DNA of 63,943 nt, filler included, from Circinaria calcarea (taxonomy: Eukaryota), in assembly GCA_051942165.1 (NCBI GenBank). It is 46 parts of 46 records of this genome, joined end to end, with 100 filler letters (N's around TTAATTAATTAA, not from the genome) between each part and the next. Parts side by side here need not be neighbours in the genome. Positions count along the whole stretch, not along the records: positions 33,526 to 34,817 come from JAVECS010004963.1; positions 34,918 to 36,208 come from JAVECS010004964.1; positions 36,309 to 37,599 come from JAVECS010004965.1; positions 37,700 to 38,990 come from JAVECS010004966.1; positions 39,091 to 40,381 come from JAVECS010004967.1; positions 40,482 to 41,771 come from JAVECS010004968.1; positions 41,872 to 43,160 come from JAVECS010004969.1; positions 43,261 to 44,548 come from JAVECS010004970.1; 38 more parts are not named here. One strand, given 5' to 3'. This document shows positions 34,578-45,936 of this stretch, piece after piece. Within the stretch, counting starts at the first letter, position 1, and each line of letters begins with the position of its first letter. Below the pieces are notes generated by a model that ran no database searches, had not been told where the DNA came from, and saw only the letters and a program-made list of their open reading frames with translations. The position numbers and the translations under genes are program-made.

Positions 34578-35772
34578 AGTGGACGAGGCACAGAAAGGAC
34601 GCACGTGACTGTGATTTCGCTAACTCCGTCCCCCGACACGGGCCATCGGTCCCCGACACAAAACCCTCGCCCGACTGCCTACTCCTTTTCACTTTTCGCC
34701 TTTGCCTTTTCCAACCAGCACTTTGCCCTTCTGAGACCGCCCTCGCACTTGCACCGTTTCGGGAATAATCCCACACGAAATCGAAAGGCCAGCCAGCGAA
34801 GTTGTCGAGTCTGTTTGNNNNNNNNNNNNNNNNNNNNNNNNNNNNNNNNNNNNNNNNNNNNTTAATTAATTAANNNNNNNNNNNNNNNNNNNNNNNNNNN
34901 NNNNNNNNNNNNNNNNNGCCATCGCCTATTCACGCTTGTCGATACGGGCAATCTGACCGTCTCCATCTTCCAAGCTGAACGTCCGCCCTCTGTCGCACTG
35001 ATATGCGGCGCCGAGGGTGGCGCGCTTCGCGCCGTCTTGTGTAGCTGGAGGTTCGAGATGGACTGTCTGTACAAGGAAACTGTGATTCGTGTCCCTAGCA
35101 GCACGTGGCAGCAGACACAGCTAGTGGGGTGGGTGAAAGTCAATTTTCTCAGCCAAGATAGCGCCATGCGGGCGACGGCACAGGCGGCATAGGCGGCGAA
35201 GGAGAGATAGGAGATGATGTTGGCGAGGCTAACGAAGGCGAAGTAAGAGCAGGAGAATAAAGGCAAGGATACACGAACTTCTTTCAATAATTTCGCGCGA
35301 TGATGGAAAAGGGACGTGGGCGTGGGGTACGGGAGTTACGACGAGGCACCAGGAAAGGGAAAGGTTTATTCCAGCGCAAGATATTTCAATCTAATATTAA
35401 ATTCTATGGTGTTTTATTCCCACCTTTCTTTCGGCCTCAAATAGTTTAATTTCTCGCTTAGATAGGGCTAGTTTTTCGTTCGACTAAAAAGGATTTATAC
35501 TATTTCACGCATGATACGCGCTTACCGGCCGTATTTATCAAGGTCGGGCGCGTTTATTTGCGCACCCACCAAGGTCGCGGGCGATATAAACAAGCTTTTT
35601 AAACCTGGCTTAGTACCCGTTCCACTTGCAGAGTCGAGGCTGGTGGCCAAAAGTCATTGCCGGGTTAAATATGCACCATTGCTGCCCCTAGCTTTGTGAC
35701 GGAAACCCCCTCTAGTGTAGTGGGGATAATTAAGCTTTACGCTTCCGCTACTAGACAAAACATGGCCACCGG

Positions 35773-35893
35773 CAGACTCTGCCGGCTAGAATACACCGGG
35801 CCCGTATTATAAATAACACAGACACCTGAACCCTGTTTCGCACGCGGGAATACTACCCTGCCCGTACTCTGGCCCGGCAGACTCAGTCCTCCG
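35773..35893. mobile_element. Diverged copy of the small MITE at 41000-41130
   Basis: Shared GACTC.GCCGGCTAGAATACAC, ACAGAC.CCTGA, TTTCGCACGC blocks. Confidence 0.6.
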
Positions 35894-36784
35894 TATGCGC
35901 AAAAAGCTTAATAAGACTACGGAGTATGAAAACTTAAGTAAATACATATTGTTCCCAAACTGTCTCGATGTGATCTTACTTCAGGCCCGAACTCCTTTTC
36001 AGCTCAGTCCCAGGATAGACTATTGCCTTTAGGGGGGGTTTTTTGCTGGGGCCTATTATAGGGATTTATCGTAAATGTTTATCTCACTGGGATTTCGGGG
36101 CACGTTTTCCACGGACCCCCGGGCTGGGGGTACTTTTGGTGATTGGTAGATTTGCCAGCGAATACCAGATTTCATGGGAGTTTTTCGTGTTTGTACAGTG
36201 GGATGAATNNNNNNNNNNNNNNNNNNNNNNNNNNNNNNNNNNNNNNNNNNNNTTAATTAATTAANNNNNNNNNNNNNNNNNNNNNNNNNNNNNNNNNNNN
36301 NNNNNNNNGTAGATTTTGAGTCCACACGATGAGGATGAGGGGATTATCATCTGCATTGACAGGAGCTCACGCGAGACTATGTAATCTATGTAATTGAAGC
36401 TTTGGATGGCGGCCTCGTGATAATATTTGACACGCAGCGTAACTGAACGCAAAATGATTAATCGAGATCCTCTGGTCGTACAATTCCCTTAAGGAGATGT
36501 GCAACTTCGAAGTAACTCTCCGTCACCAAAGTGCCAGGTAAATCATGGGCACCTTTGAGACATGCTTCGACATGACTTGCAGCCACACAAGATCCCATAG
36601 ACGAAGTATGAAGACGAAGGTCATGCGGCTCGAAAACAATGCCTTTCGTGGAGCTTTGATTAAGGGTGTTCCATAAGAGCCTTCCACAAGTAAATCGAGG
36701 GTGCATAGCGGAGATTGGCGCCGACCACAACGAATTGAGGCTGTTCATATCACATCTCCTAGAAAAGAAGTAGATGGGACAGTT

Positions 36785-37599
36785 TCAATAACCTGAAAAA
36801 CGTTAGCGAAACATTTTGGGATTAGATAGTGGTGACATGGCTTACCACTCTGCCCCCTTCGATTATCTGCTCCTCCATCTGTCCCATCGCCAGCCGTGAT
36901 AGCAGCACCTCCAGCAGCTCGAATAGCTTCGGCGTCTCCTCGCAGTTTCTCAAAGTAGGCTTTGATATCCTCTGCTCCTACTGCTTGCCCACTTTCTGCA
37001 AATGGCTGGAGGAAGCTTTTAACCTTGTCTTTTAAATGATTGTATACCATTACACCCTCTGTAAGATATCACGTCAGAGAGCGCGCATTTTGGAGGCAAT
37101 TGTAGGTCAAACGTACCTATAGCCCTAACTCGATCAATATTGCTGAGAGCAGCTTCCCCCCGCTCTAGTAGACTCCCGGTACCAACGCTACCACCTCCTT
37201 CTGCATCATCCTCATCCTCGGAAAGTGGAGGCTCGTAATCTTCCTCTTCTTCCAGTAGCTGTGGATACTTGCTAAGAGATGGATAGCAGTCAGGGCAGCG
37301 GCAAAATTGAGTACGAAAGTCCACATCGGATGCTATGAGTGAAACAGGACCAGAAGGAGGTTCCGGTAGCGTCGCTGTCCGACATTTAATCGACTTTGAA
37401 AGTTTCTGCTCATCCAGATCTCCGGCTTCGACCTTGAGTTTCTTTGACAAAGTAGACTCAGGATCTGAATAATCTTCCTCCGCTTTGCGCTTCTTGGACG
37501 TTAAAAACTGACTATCGCCACGGTCGGCGTCCCTGGTCATAGGAAGTAAGCTCTTCGAGTCTTCAGTGTTCTCGTCTTTGATCCTGGCTTCTCCGCCAG
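36785..37599 (-). CDS. UBR7/Mlo2-like protein, C-terminal part
   Basis: FRTQFCRCPDC..LLEEEEDYEPP, GEAALSNIDRVRAI-EGVMVYNHLKDKVKSFLQPFAESGQAVGAEDIKAYFEKL; two introns. Confidence 0.88.
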
Positions 37600-37699
37600 N
37601 NNNNNNNNNNNNNNNNNNNNNNNNNNNNNNNNNNNNNNNNNNNTTAATTAATTAANNNNNNNNNNNNNNNNNNNNNNNNNNNNNNNNNNNNNNNNNNNN

Positions 37700-37990
37700 G
37701 TCATCGTCGGATTCGATGCTGATGAAACTCATAAAGTAGGTCTGAAAGTAGGCATATGCATGGTTCCACAGGAATCGAAGTGAAACAGCAAGGCCAAAGA
37801 TCAGGAAGCAGATGGAGACTACCACAGTCACGTCGAAGCCCAGAGCCTCGAGTAGGAAACGAGAGATGATGGAGTAACCGGGGATGAACACTTCGAGGAT
37901 ATTGGCAGGTAACTGAGTGATGCTTCCTGTGCCGTGTTCACTGGAGTTCGAAGCCGGAGGCAGCTTGGGCAGGTGTCTATAGGACACCAT
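37700..37990 (-). CDS. BCS1-like AAA ATPase N-terminus
   Basis: ILEVFIPGYSIISRFLLEALGFDVT...YFMSFISIESDD pattern of fungal BCS1-like paralogues; ATPase domain absent from the contig. Confidence 0.65.
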
Positions 37991-39090
37991 GACGAGGTGG
38001 CTCGGCCAAGGGAAAAAGAGTGTCTGACTGGTTCTACCTTAGTCTAACTGGTCCTCCTTGAGACCTTCGAAATGACCTTCCAGACCACACCGACCGCACG
38101 ACTGGTATTGACAACGACGGTAAACAGAAAGGAAGGTAGGTCAAAATATGTACGGCCGTTGTTCCTCCTTCAGCAACGCGTTATTTACACGCTATGGTAG
38201 TAGTTGAACGTGAAGCACGGAGGGAACAGGCAGCCCTGTGTGGCGCAGTCGTTAAAGGAACCGCCACCACCTTGTACGCTTGCTCCAGTATGGTACCTGG
38301 ATATACCTGAGCATATGTAGGTAACTGGAATTCCCGGGCTTATATACACAATTACTCATGAGATACAGGAACACACGGTCTGGATGTATAATCGGAGTCA
38401 TCTGATTTGGGTAAGCTTATCCGATCTTTCTGGCAAACGGTGGCGGCTACCTTTAGGCCGGTATGGAAGCGAGCGTTCGGGATCGCGTATGCTGTGGCCA
38501 TGATTTTCTTTATACTAGACACGCTCTACCTAACAAAACTTGGGACATACTCCTGGCGCAATGAATGGAGGAGAGAGAGCCTCACGCATGAAGGGTCGAA
38601 GAACGTCCTGTCCAGGTAGAGAACCTGGTCGGGCTGATCGTGATGCCCTAAGATAGAGATTTTACCAATCGCGCATGATATCGTGGCGGACCAGGTAAGA
38701 GTTTAGCAGAGTACCCACTGCGTCGGGTTTGCCCCACGCTATCATTGGCTGCTTACTCCGTACATGCATATGTATCACTTTGCCCAACGGCTGAGCCGCT
38801 TCTTGGGGTAATCTCGGATACGGACGGTTGTGTAACGTTAAAAATGGTTAAGATAACATGGAAAGTGGCAAGTTTTACCAACGGCCTCAGCTCGACTTTT
38901 ACACTGCATGAACGACTTCCAAAATCTACGGGGACGTATCATGTAAGATCGGCCCATAGGCAGTCGTAACGCGAGACGTGTTACCATAAGNNNNNNNNNN
39001 NNNNNNNNNNNNNNNNNNNNNNNNNNNNNNNNNNTTAATTAATTAANNNNNNNNNNNNNNNNNNNNNNNNNNNNNNNNNNNNNNNNNNNN

Positions 39091-40360
39091 CCAAATTACC
39101 TTGGAGGCGACGGCATCGCTTCCCTCTCCCTTAAGTCCACTTGTTTGGCCGTTTTATCTGCGTTCTGCTCCTCAAGACCTCTTGTCTTCTGAGCTTGTCG
39201 TCCCTTGCCTCCATGATGTTCTGCATTCGAAAAATCAAGTTTCGTCTTTGCTCACTCGGCTCAGAGAAAAGGATCATGTAATCCGAAGGTTGCTAGATCG
39301 GCTACGAGTAGCAGGTATTGAGTTGACTACCATTTTCCCAAGTGCTCAACTTCAAAGAAGTTCGAAAGCTTCCACGGAAGACTTGGTCGTGAACATAGTC
39401 AAAGGATTCCGAGAATTTGACGAGAAGGTATGGAAAGATAACCTAAAATCTTCTTTGGAATCCGACATGAATCAAGAAGATTTGCTTCGCAATCTTTTCG
39501 GTAGTGAAGTCGTTGATACATCACGTGCTGAACCGGGGACACCATTGGGCAAACAGTCGTACCAGGACGACGCTCAACTGACTTCCCCCATGTCTGTACA
39601 GCAAGAGCTCAGTCTTACACACCTTCAAAGAGAGCCAGGCTGTCCACGGATCGTAGATGAGGAAGAAGACCCAAGTGAGCATAATACTCAAGTGAGTTTC
39701 ACGTTGTTCGTGAAGACTTCTGAGGCTGAACAAACATAGATACAGAGCACACCTCAAGCTGCCAAGGAATTTTCGATGCAGGGATTCAATCGTTCTCCAG
39801 AAGTACCCAGAGAATCAAATATCAAGCAGGGAATGCCCAGTGCCAACTATGATGACTCTACCACAAGTGGATCTGATGATGATCTCGCTGTGTCTACCCT
39901 ACCGCCTAGGTCTCGCTTTACTTCAACTAGCGAAGCAGAAGGTGTGAATAAAGGCCATAAAAAGATCGGGGTCTTGGGAGGTAAACAGAGAGAGCCGACC
40001 CCTCCACCTATCATAACCAGACCTCGCCCAGTAGGTTCTAATAAGCCTGTGGGCAAAATCGGTAGAATTGGCGGTAAACCGAAAACATTGACGACAAGTG
40101 AACAAAACAGTGATGTCACAAACCCTCTTCCTGATGCCAACCTAGGGAAGAACAAGGCTAGTAACTCTACTCGGATTAAAGAGTCCTCTCCCGATTCCGA
40201 TGATGGCAGAAAGGCTGGGAGATCATCAGAAAAACCGTCACAAACGCCAGAAGCCATCAGGGAGACCTCCGAAGAGAGAGCAGACCGCAAAAGGCTACAG
40301 TTGAAAAGGGAACTTGAAGAAAAAGCAAAGGTGCCAACGAAAAAGAAACGCAAATTCTAG
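39091..40360 (+). CDS. XRCC4-like factor (XLF/Cernunnos/Nej1), 5' truncated
   Basis: LPSPLSPLVWPFYL, LLTRLREKDHVIRRLLDRL, C-terminal ETSEERADRKRLQLKRELEEKAKVPTKKKRKF; intron about 39692-39739. Confidence 0.85.
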
Positions 40361-40999
40361 ATTTCGGAGCGCCCTACTCGTNNNNNNNNNNNNNNNNNNN
40401 NNNNNNNNNNNNNNNNNNNNNNNNNTTAATTAATTAANNNNNNNNNNNNNNNNNNNNNNNNNNNNNNNNNNNNNNNNNNNNAATAAGAAATTGTAGACAA
40501 ACGGTCTGGCGGTCTCTTACGATGTCATACCATCCTTCCATTACAGCCCCACCATTCTATTTGCATCAGCATCAGCTTCTACATCCTTCAAGATGGCAGA
40601 TAACCTACTGCTTTAATACGAATTTGGGGAGCAGTCGGGAAGATAAAAGCCACCTCCTCAAACCTCCCTCGACGGCGCCAGTTTTGTGCCAGTCCCAACC
40701 TACAAGTGTTAATTAGGGTTCTCTGCATTTGCCCCTTTCCGCATAATCATCTCACCAGCTTTTTCCCTCGTCTCCTAGACCATGAGCAAAGATTACTGTA
40801 GCTGTATGCTTCTTCAGTGCCGGCACCACCAGTTCTGCGGCGCGCACTTTGGCTGTATTCATCTGGAAGACAGGTGTTTAACAAGCTTGAGCACAAGAAT
40901 CGGGATGTATTTAGGGGGTTGTTTGATGATGCTGGACTTTAGTCTTTAGTGCGTATTATGAAGCTACACTTGGTAATGATGAAAGCCTTTCTCAGAGTA

Positions 41000-41130
41000 C
41001 GGACTCCGCCGGCTAGAATACACAGGGGCTGTTTTATGGATAATAATACAGACCCTGAGGCCTATTTCGCACGCAAAAAAAGGTCCGTGCAATAGAATAC
41101 CACTCTAGTGTATTCTAGCCCGAGATCCTG
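41000..41130. mobile_element. Small MITE (131 bp), TA-flanked
   Basis: TA|CGGACTCCGCCGGCTAGAATACAC ... GTGTATTCTAGCCCGAGATCCTG|TA; related copy near 35773. Confidence 0.65.
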
Positions 41131-42157
41131 TAGTGTGTACTCTGTATTCTAAGAATTACCCAGTCCGGAAATCCCCAGCGCGCTAGAGAAACCATCATCG
41201 AACGTCGAGGTTTTTGACAACTCCGTGCTTGCCGAAAATGATTGGTTTGGGGGGGGGGTTCGCTTAAAAAAGTTCATGTGCCATGTTTCAACGGCGTGAT
41301 AGGGATTTGCTGAAACGAAATGGTCCTTACGGAGTACCGAGTACGCTAAGAGTGCACGCGCTTGACAGAAAAAAGGTGGTTAGTTGATAATGCCATCCAT
41401 AACAGAGATGAATTTTGCGGCAGTTGAGAATTTTGCGGCAGCCACCTTGCGGCACAACCTGCCATAGGCAGGGACCTCTAGAAGTTCCTAGTCCCTTTCT
41501 CAGAAACCGCTACCTAAAAACAAAGCGGTGTGGGGGGGAAGGGGAATGAAATGGCAAATTTCATAGCTACGGGGGTTAGGCATTGCAATTTCCTGTTCTC
41601 GTACTCGTTAAGTTCTGTGGCCTTTCTCTTCTCTGTTGGTTTGGGATGAAGTCTGAACACGTTTCCGGAGAATCCTATACCTTATATGCATTTATTTGAG
41701 TGAATTCGTCGTCAAAATTCACCACATTGGTTCGCTCTCTTGCATGAAAATCCACCATCAGATCTGTCCATNNNNNNNNNNNNNNNNNNNNNNNNNNNNN
41801 NNNNNNNNNNNNNNNTTAATTAATTAANNNNNNNNNNNNNNNNNNNNNNNNNNNNNNNNNNNNNNNNNNNNATTTAAAATAAATTTTATTTTATAATATT
41901 TTAAAATTTTAATATATAAAAATTATTTAATTATTTCCTTTAATTTTAAAGTTTTAATAATTAATATTATTAAAATTCCCGGATCTAAATCTGCGAATTC
42001 TTTTATATAATATTTTAAAATTTTAATATATAAAAAATATTTAATTATTTCTTTTAATTTCGGATTTTCGGTAATTAATATAATTAGAATTCTTAGATTT
42101 AAATTTATAAATTTTATTTTTATATTATTTTATATTTTTTATTCCGAGTTTCCGGGG

Positions 42158-42526
42158 TGTAAGGGCGCTGCAATCCTTGAGGCCTAATGAGGAATATGTT
42201 AAGTCTCGATTGGTAATAGCACGGTTACATAGGGTGTAGTTGAATTGTTGCCCTAGGCTCAATAGTATGGAGTCTATTGAACACGGTCTATAAGCATGCT
42301 ATTTTAAGTGAATAGGAATAGCTTATTATATATTATAATTATTTAAGTGGCTCAGATAGCTCAACCCTCTGATTCTTCTAAATATTTTAAATATATTATT
42401 TATTATACTTAAATAACTCTGGTGCCAAGTGCTCCTGAGCACTCTGAGCACCGGTGTCGGGTTCCTCCGTCCCGACGGTAGGCTTCCTAAGGTTTAGCGT
42501 AACTGGTATGGCGTGGCGCCATAATA
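42158..42526 (-). mobile_element. LTR family A copy, partly RIP-mutated, inside AT-rich relic DNA
   Basis: 42158 to about 42310 is a near-exact reverse complement of about 16035-16187; other end CGCCATAATA is the mutated inverse of TGTTATGGCG. Confidence 0.88.
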
Positions 42527-42746
42527 AACGGTATAAAAAATTAAAAATTAATTATATAAATTATTAATTTTAAAATTTTTAAAATTTTTTAATATATAAA
42601 GTTAATAATTAACGGATTATAAATAATATTTTTTCGAGATGTTATAATTCGCGCAAAATTAAGCGAAAGCCAGCCCCCCCAGAAATGGGGGGTGGCACGT
42701 TGTTGATTCATCTGCAGGGGTATTAACAGTTAGCGCAATCTCTCCG

Positions 42747-42862
42747 CTGTGGAGTTTAATCAGCACCTGCCCATATTTAGTCTTCCCCACCACTTAAACT
42801 TAGCAACCACCAATCAACCAAGTTACCCTCCATAGCATAGTCCCTCTCTGCATAGGGTTACA
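42747..42862 (-). mobile_element. LTR-like family B fragment
   Basis: Reverse complement of 34462-34577, ends in GGTTACA. Confidence 0.8.
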
Positions 42863-43260
42863 CCGCAACTTTTATAATAAGTTTAAATTACGTTTCAATT
42901 GAGAAAATGGCTGGAATATATTATAGGATAAGTTTTATATCAGAAATATATCTTTCCTCAAAACTTTTCACGTATACTAGAAATTATGTAAAGGAAACTG
43001 AATAGTACGTTAATAATCAATACCTCTGCAGACCAGTAGCTATCAGATAATGAAGGCTTCCGTTTTTGCGAGATATTTTACTTGTTTAATGTTAATACCA
43101 ATGTACGCCTGAGAGTGGGGATCCTACTGTTGGACTCGGATAGGAGTAAAGTCCGATGCGNNNNNNNNNNNNNNNNNNNNNNNNNNNNNNNNNNNNNNNN
43201 NNNNTTAATTAATTAANNNNNNNNNNNNNNNNNNNNNNNNNNNNNNNNNNNNNNNNNNNN

Positions 43261-43401
43261 TCACTCGCATATTTCTTCAAATTCTTCTCCTGTAATGATT
43301 AGTTCTCGCACCTACTGCCGTGTAGCCATCGTATTGCTCGTGCCCTCACATTACCACCTATCTTACTTAGCCTTAGATACTCTTTCAAGTAAAGTACTCT
43401 A
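43261..43401 (+). mobile_element. LTR-like family C fragment, homologous to 53508-53632
   Basis: Shared TCACTCGCA, TTCTCGCA, TAGCCATCG, CTCACATTACCAC, AGCCTTAGATACT, TTCAAGTAAAG.ACTCTA. Confidence 0.7.
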
Positions 43402-44396
43402 GGGTCTGGTAACGAACCACGCCAATTTTATATATCATCCACAAACGGAGCACGCAGAATATGCGCTAGTATATATGAAATATTTATTATCCGTTATATA
43501 TTATTTATTAATTTAATGATTTAATATTATTCCCAATCCCAACTCCCAATTCCCGATTCCCGATTTCTTGAATTCCCTTAATCTCCCCACCCCAATTCCC
43601 CGATGTGTCAACCCTTTTAGGTTAGATCCTCGGGCCCATGTTATTCCGGGCGCCCACACGTACATATAGACAGATTCTTCTGCTGTAACACACAGCAGAG
43701 AGCATAGCAGTCATATACGTAATTATAATACACGTCATTCTCTCACTCCTTTATCGATGCCACATAATAACGCCGTAGCTTGACATTATGCGGCATACCA
43801 AATACCACGGACCACACACACCATATCTAACCAATAAACTGATAAACCCATAAAATCGATAATATAATTCTCCCCCTTTCTTTCTATTATGCATTTATAC
43901 AGCACCCGTATCCGCACTCGCACCCGCACCCGCAGGTGTACTAGTATAGCATTCATATAGATCTCTCAGTTCTCCCCGAGGGGGTTAGGGTTTAGGGTTT
44001 AAAACTTCGCCCCTTGCTCCTCTCTCTACTCCCCCGGCCCCTTCCTCCTCGAGTACCTCGAGTACCCCGGGTCACCTCATCCACTCACCCATCCACCCAA
44101 TCCCAGTCACCCATCTACTCCCTCCCTTCCCCCTTTTTCTTTTACTTTTTTTCCGGTCCGGTAAGAGAACTCAGCAGACAAGAACGGGGGAGGGATATTC
44201 CTACATTCCCATTTTTCCCCATTTTTTCCCCCACATTCCCCCAATTCTTCCAATTCCTCCCAATTCTTCAATTCTCCAAAGTTACAAGTATGAAAGTCCA
44301 AGTTCATAAAAGTCGAAATTGTATATTTCCGTTCGGGTTAGGGGGATATTGGGCTTTTTTTCTAGGGTGTTCCTTCTATATTAGGATTAGGGGGGA

Positions 44397-44439
44397 ACTT
44401 GACTTGACTTGACTTGACTTGACTTGACTTGACTTGACT
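44397..44439 (+). repeat. (GACTT)n microsatellite
   Basis: Direct tandem pentamer repeat. Confidence 0.9.
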
Positions 44440-45126
44440 GCCATGTCAAAATAGCCGTGGATTGGGGCCCCCCTTGGTTGGAGTTTTGTTTTGTGGCGGA
44501 GTTTTGTCTTTGTTTTTGTTATTGTATAGGGCATAGGGCATAGGGCATNNNNNNNNNNNNNNNNNNNNNNNNNNNNNNNNNNNNNNNNNNNNTTAATTAA
44601 TTAANNNNNNNNNNNNNNNNNNNNNNNNNNNNNNNNNNNNNNNNNNNNAGAGGCGCTCTGGGGTTGTAAACATGGACTCGAATAGATTGTACAACTGGAC
44701 AGGGCCAGGAAGCTACAAGGGTCTTTTCTAAAACAGACACTGCCGAAATAGCTTACAGGAAGCAAGCTGATGGTTGAGATAGCGATGGAGGGGGTGGTTT
44801 TACGCTGATACGGGGGATTGTCTCTAATGAGCTTGGTCTCACTTTTGTACCTAGGTAGTGAGCTAAATGTAGCCATAAAGCAATTCGTGTAGAGCATCGA
44901 TACTGTTTTACACAAATGGCTGCGATTCGATGATAGGCTTGCCCAAGGTGGTTGCGTGGTTCCCTTTTGCTGGCCCTAATCATCCCGGTACGAAAATAAT
45001 TGGCCCTGAAATTCTATGATAGTGGCCCCGCCGTAGTTGCTCGCCTCGGGCAGATGCCACTGTATTTGTGATGGGAGCATAAGCAATACCTAACCAATAC
45101 CTAGGCCATGATTCGTGCATGCGCTA

Positions 45127-45584
45127 CAGTCAGTTGCAAAAGGACGGGCGCTTTTTGAACCGGTGTTTTTTTTTTTTGGCGATCTCCGCAAGGGTTAGGG
45201 GGAGGCACTAACTAGGATAGCCGTACCATATTAATTTACTAATAAACACTATCTAAGCGAAAAATGTAATCACGTGAAGAACTTTTAAAAAAGCTACCAC
45301 TCACTATTTCGCAGCGATATAACTTTATGCGCCACCAATATAATTTTAATATTAAAAATACGTTTGATAGAGCTGAGTGCGGTAATAGAATCGTTTTTTT
45401 TACTTTAAAATTTAGAACATTTTTAATAATGTGATAAAATTAGAAAAGAAATAAATAAAGATAACGCTTACTAGTAAATTACTATAATACGGCTATCCTA
45501 GCTAGTGCTTCTCCCTAACCCTTGCGGAGATCACCAAAAAAAAAACACCGGCTCAAAAAGCGCCCGTCCTTTTGCAACTGACTG
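45127..45584. mobile_element. Tc1/mariner-type MITE, 458 bp, about 100-bp TIRs, TA TSD
   Basis: TA|CAGTCAGTTGCAAAAGGACGGGCGCTTTTT...GGATAGCCGTA and its inverse ...TTTTGCAACTGACTG|TA. Confidence 0.93.
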
Positions 45585-45713
45585 TAAGATGAACCACGGC
45601 CGCTATGTTCTTGGCAGCGTCTTTTCGTATTGACGACTAGTGAAACTCCACAGCCTGGATAACTCAATAAACCAGAGAACAATTTTCAAAACGTCAGCCG
45701 TATCGATTGCACC

Positions 45714-45936
45714 ATGTCAGGCTCGAGATTATGCCCTTCCGCAGCCCTATTGCAAAGATTGCAACTGGTTTCCCGTGCCTCATCCTCGAGCCATGTACGG
45801 AATCGGCGACATCTGGAAAGGGCAATACACAGCTCCGGCTGCCTGCGCGAGGAACAACGGTCTTTCAAGGGCCAATTGTATGAAAGTGTAGCGCAGAGAC
45901 TGGAACAAGAGCGCGCAGAGCAACGCAGGTTTGCTA
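45714..45936 (+). CDS. N-terminus of a mitochondrially targeted protein, possibly D-lactate dehydrogenase (cytochrome)
   Basis: Arg/Ser-rich presequence then SFKGQLYESVAQRLEQERAEQRRFA; family call is from recollection only. Confidence 0.45.

Noticed and set aside
39847..40353. 168-aa minus-strand ORF
   Set aside because: Antisense to the XLF coding exon
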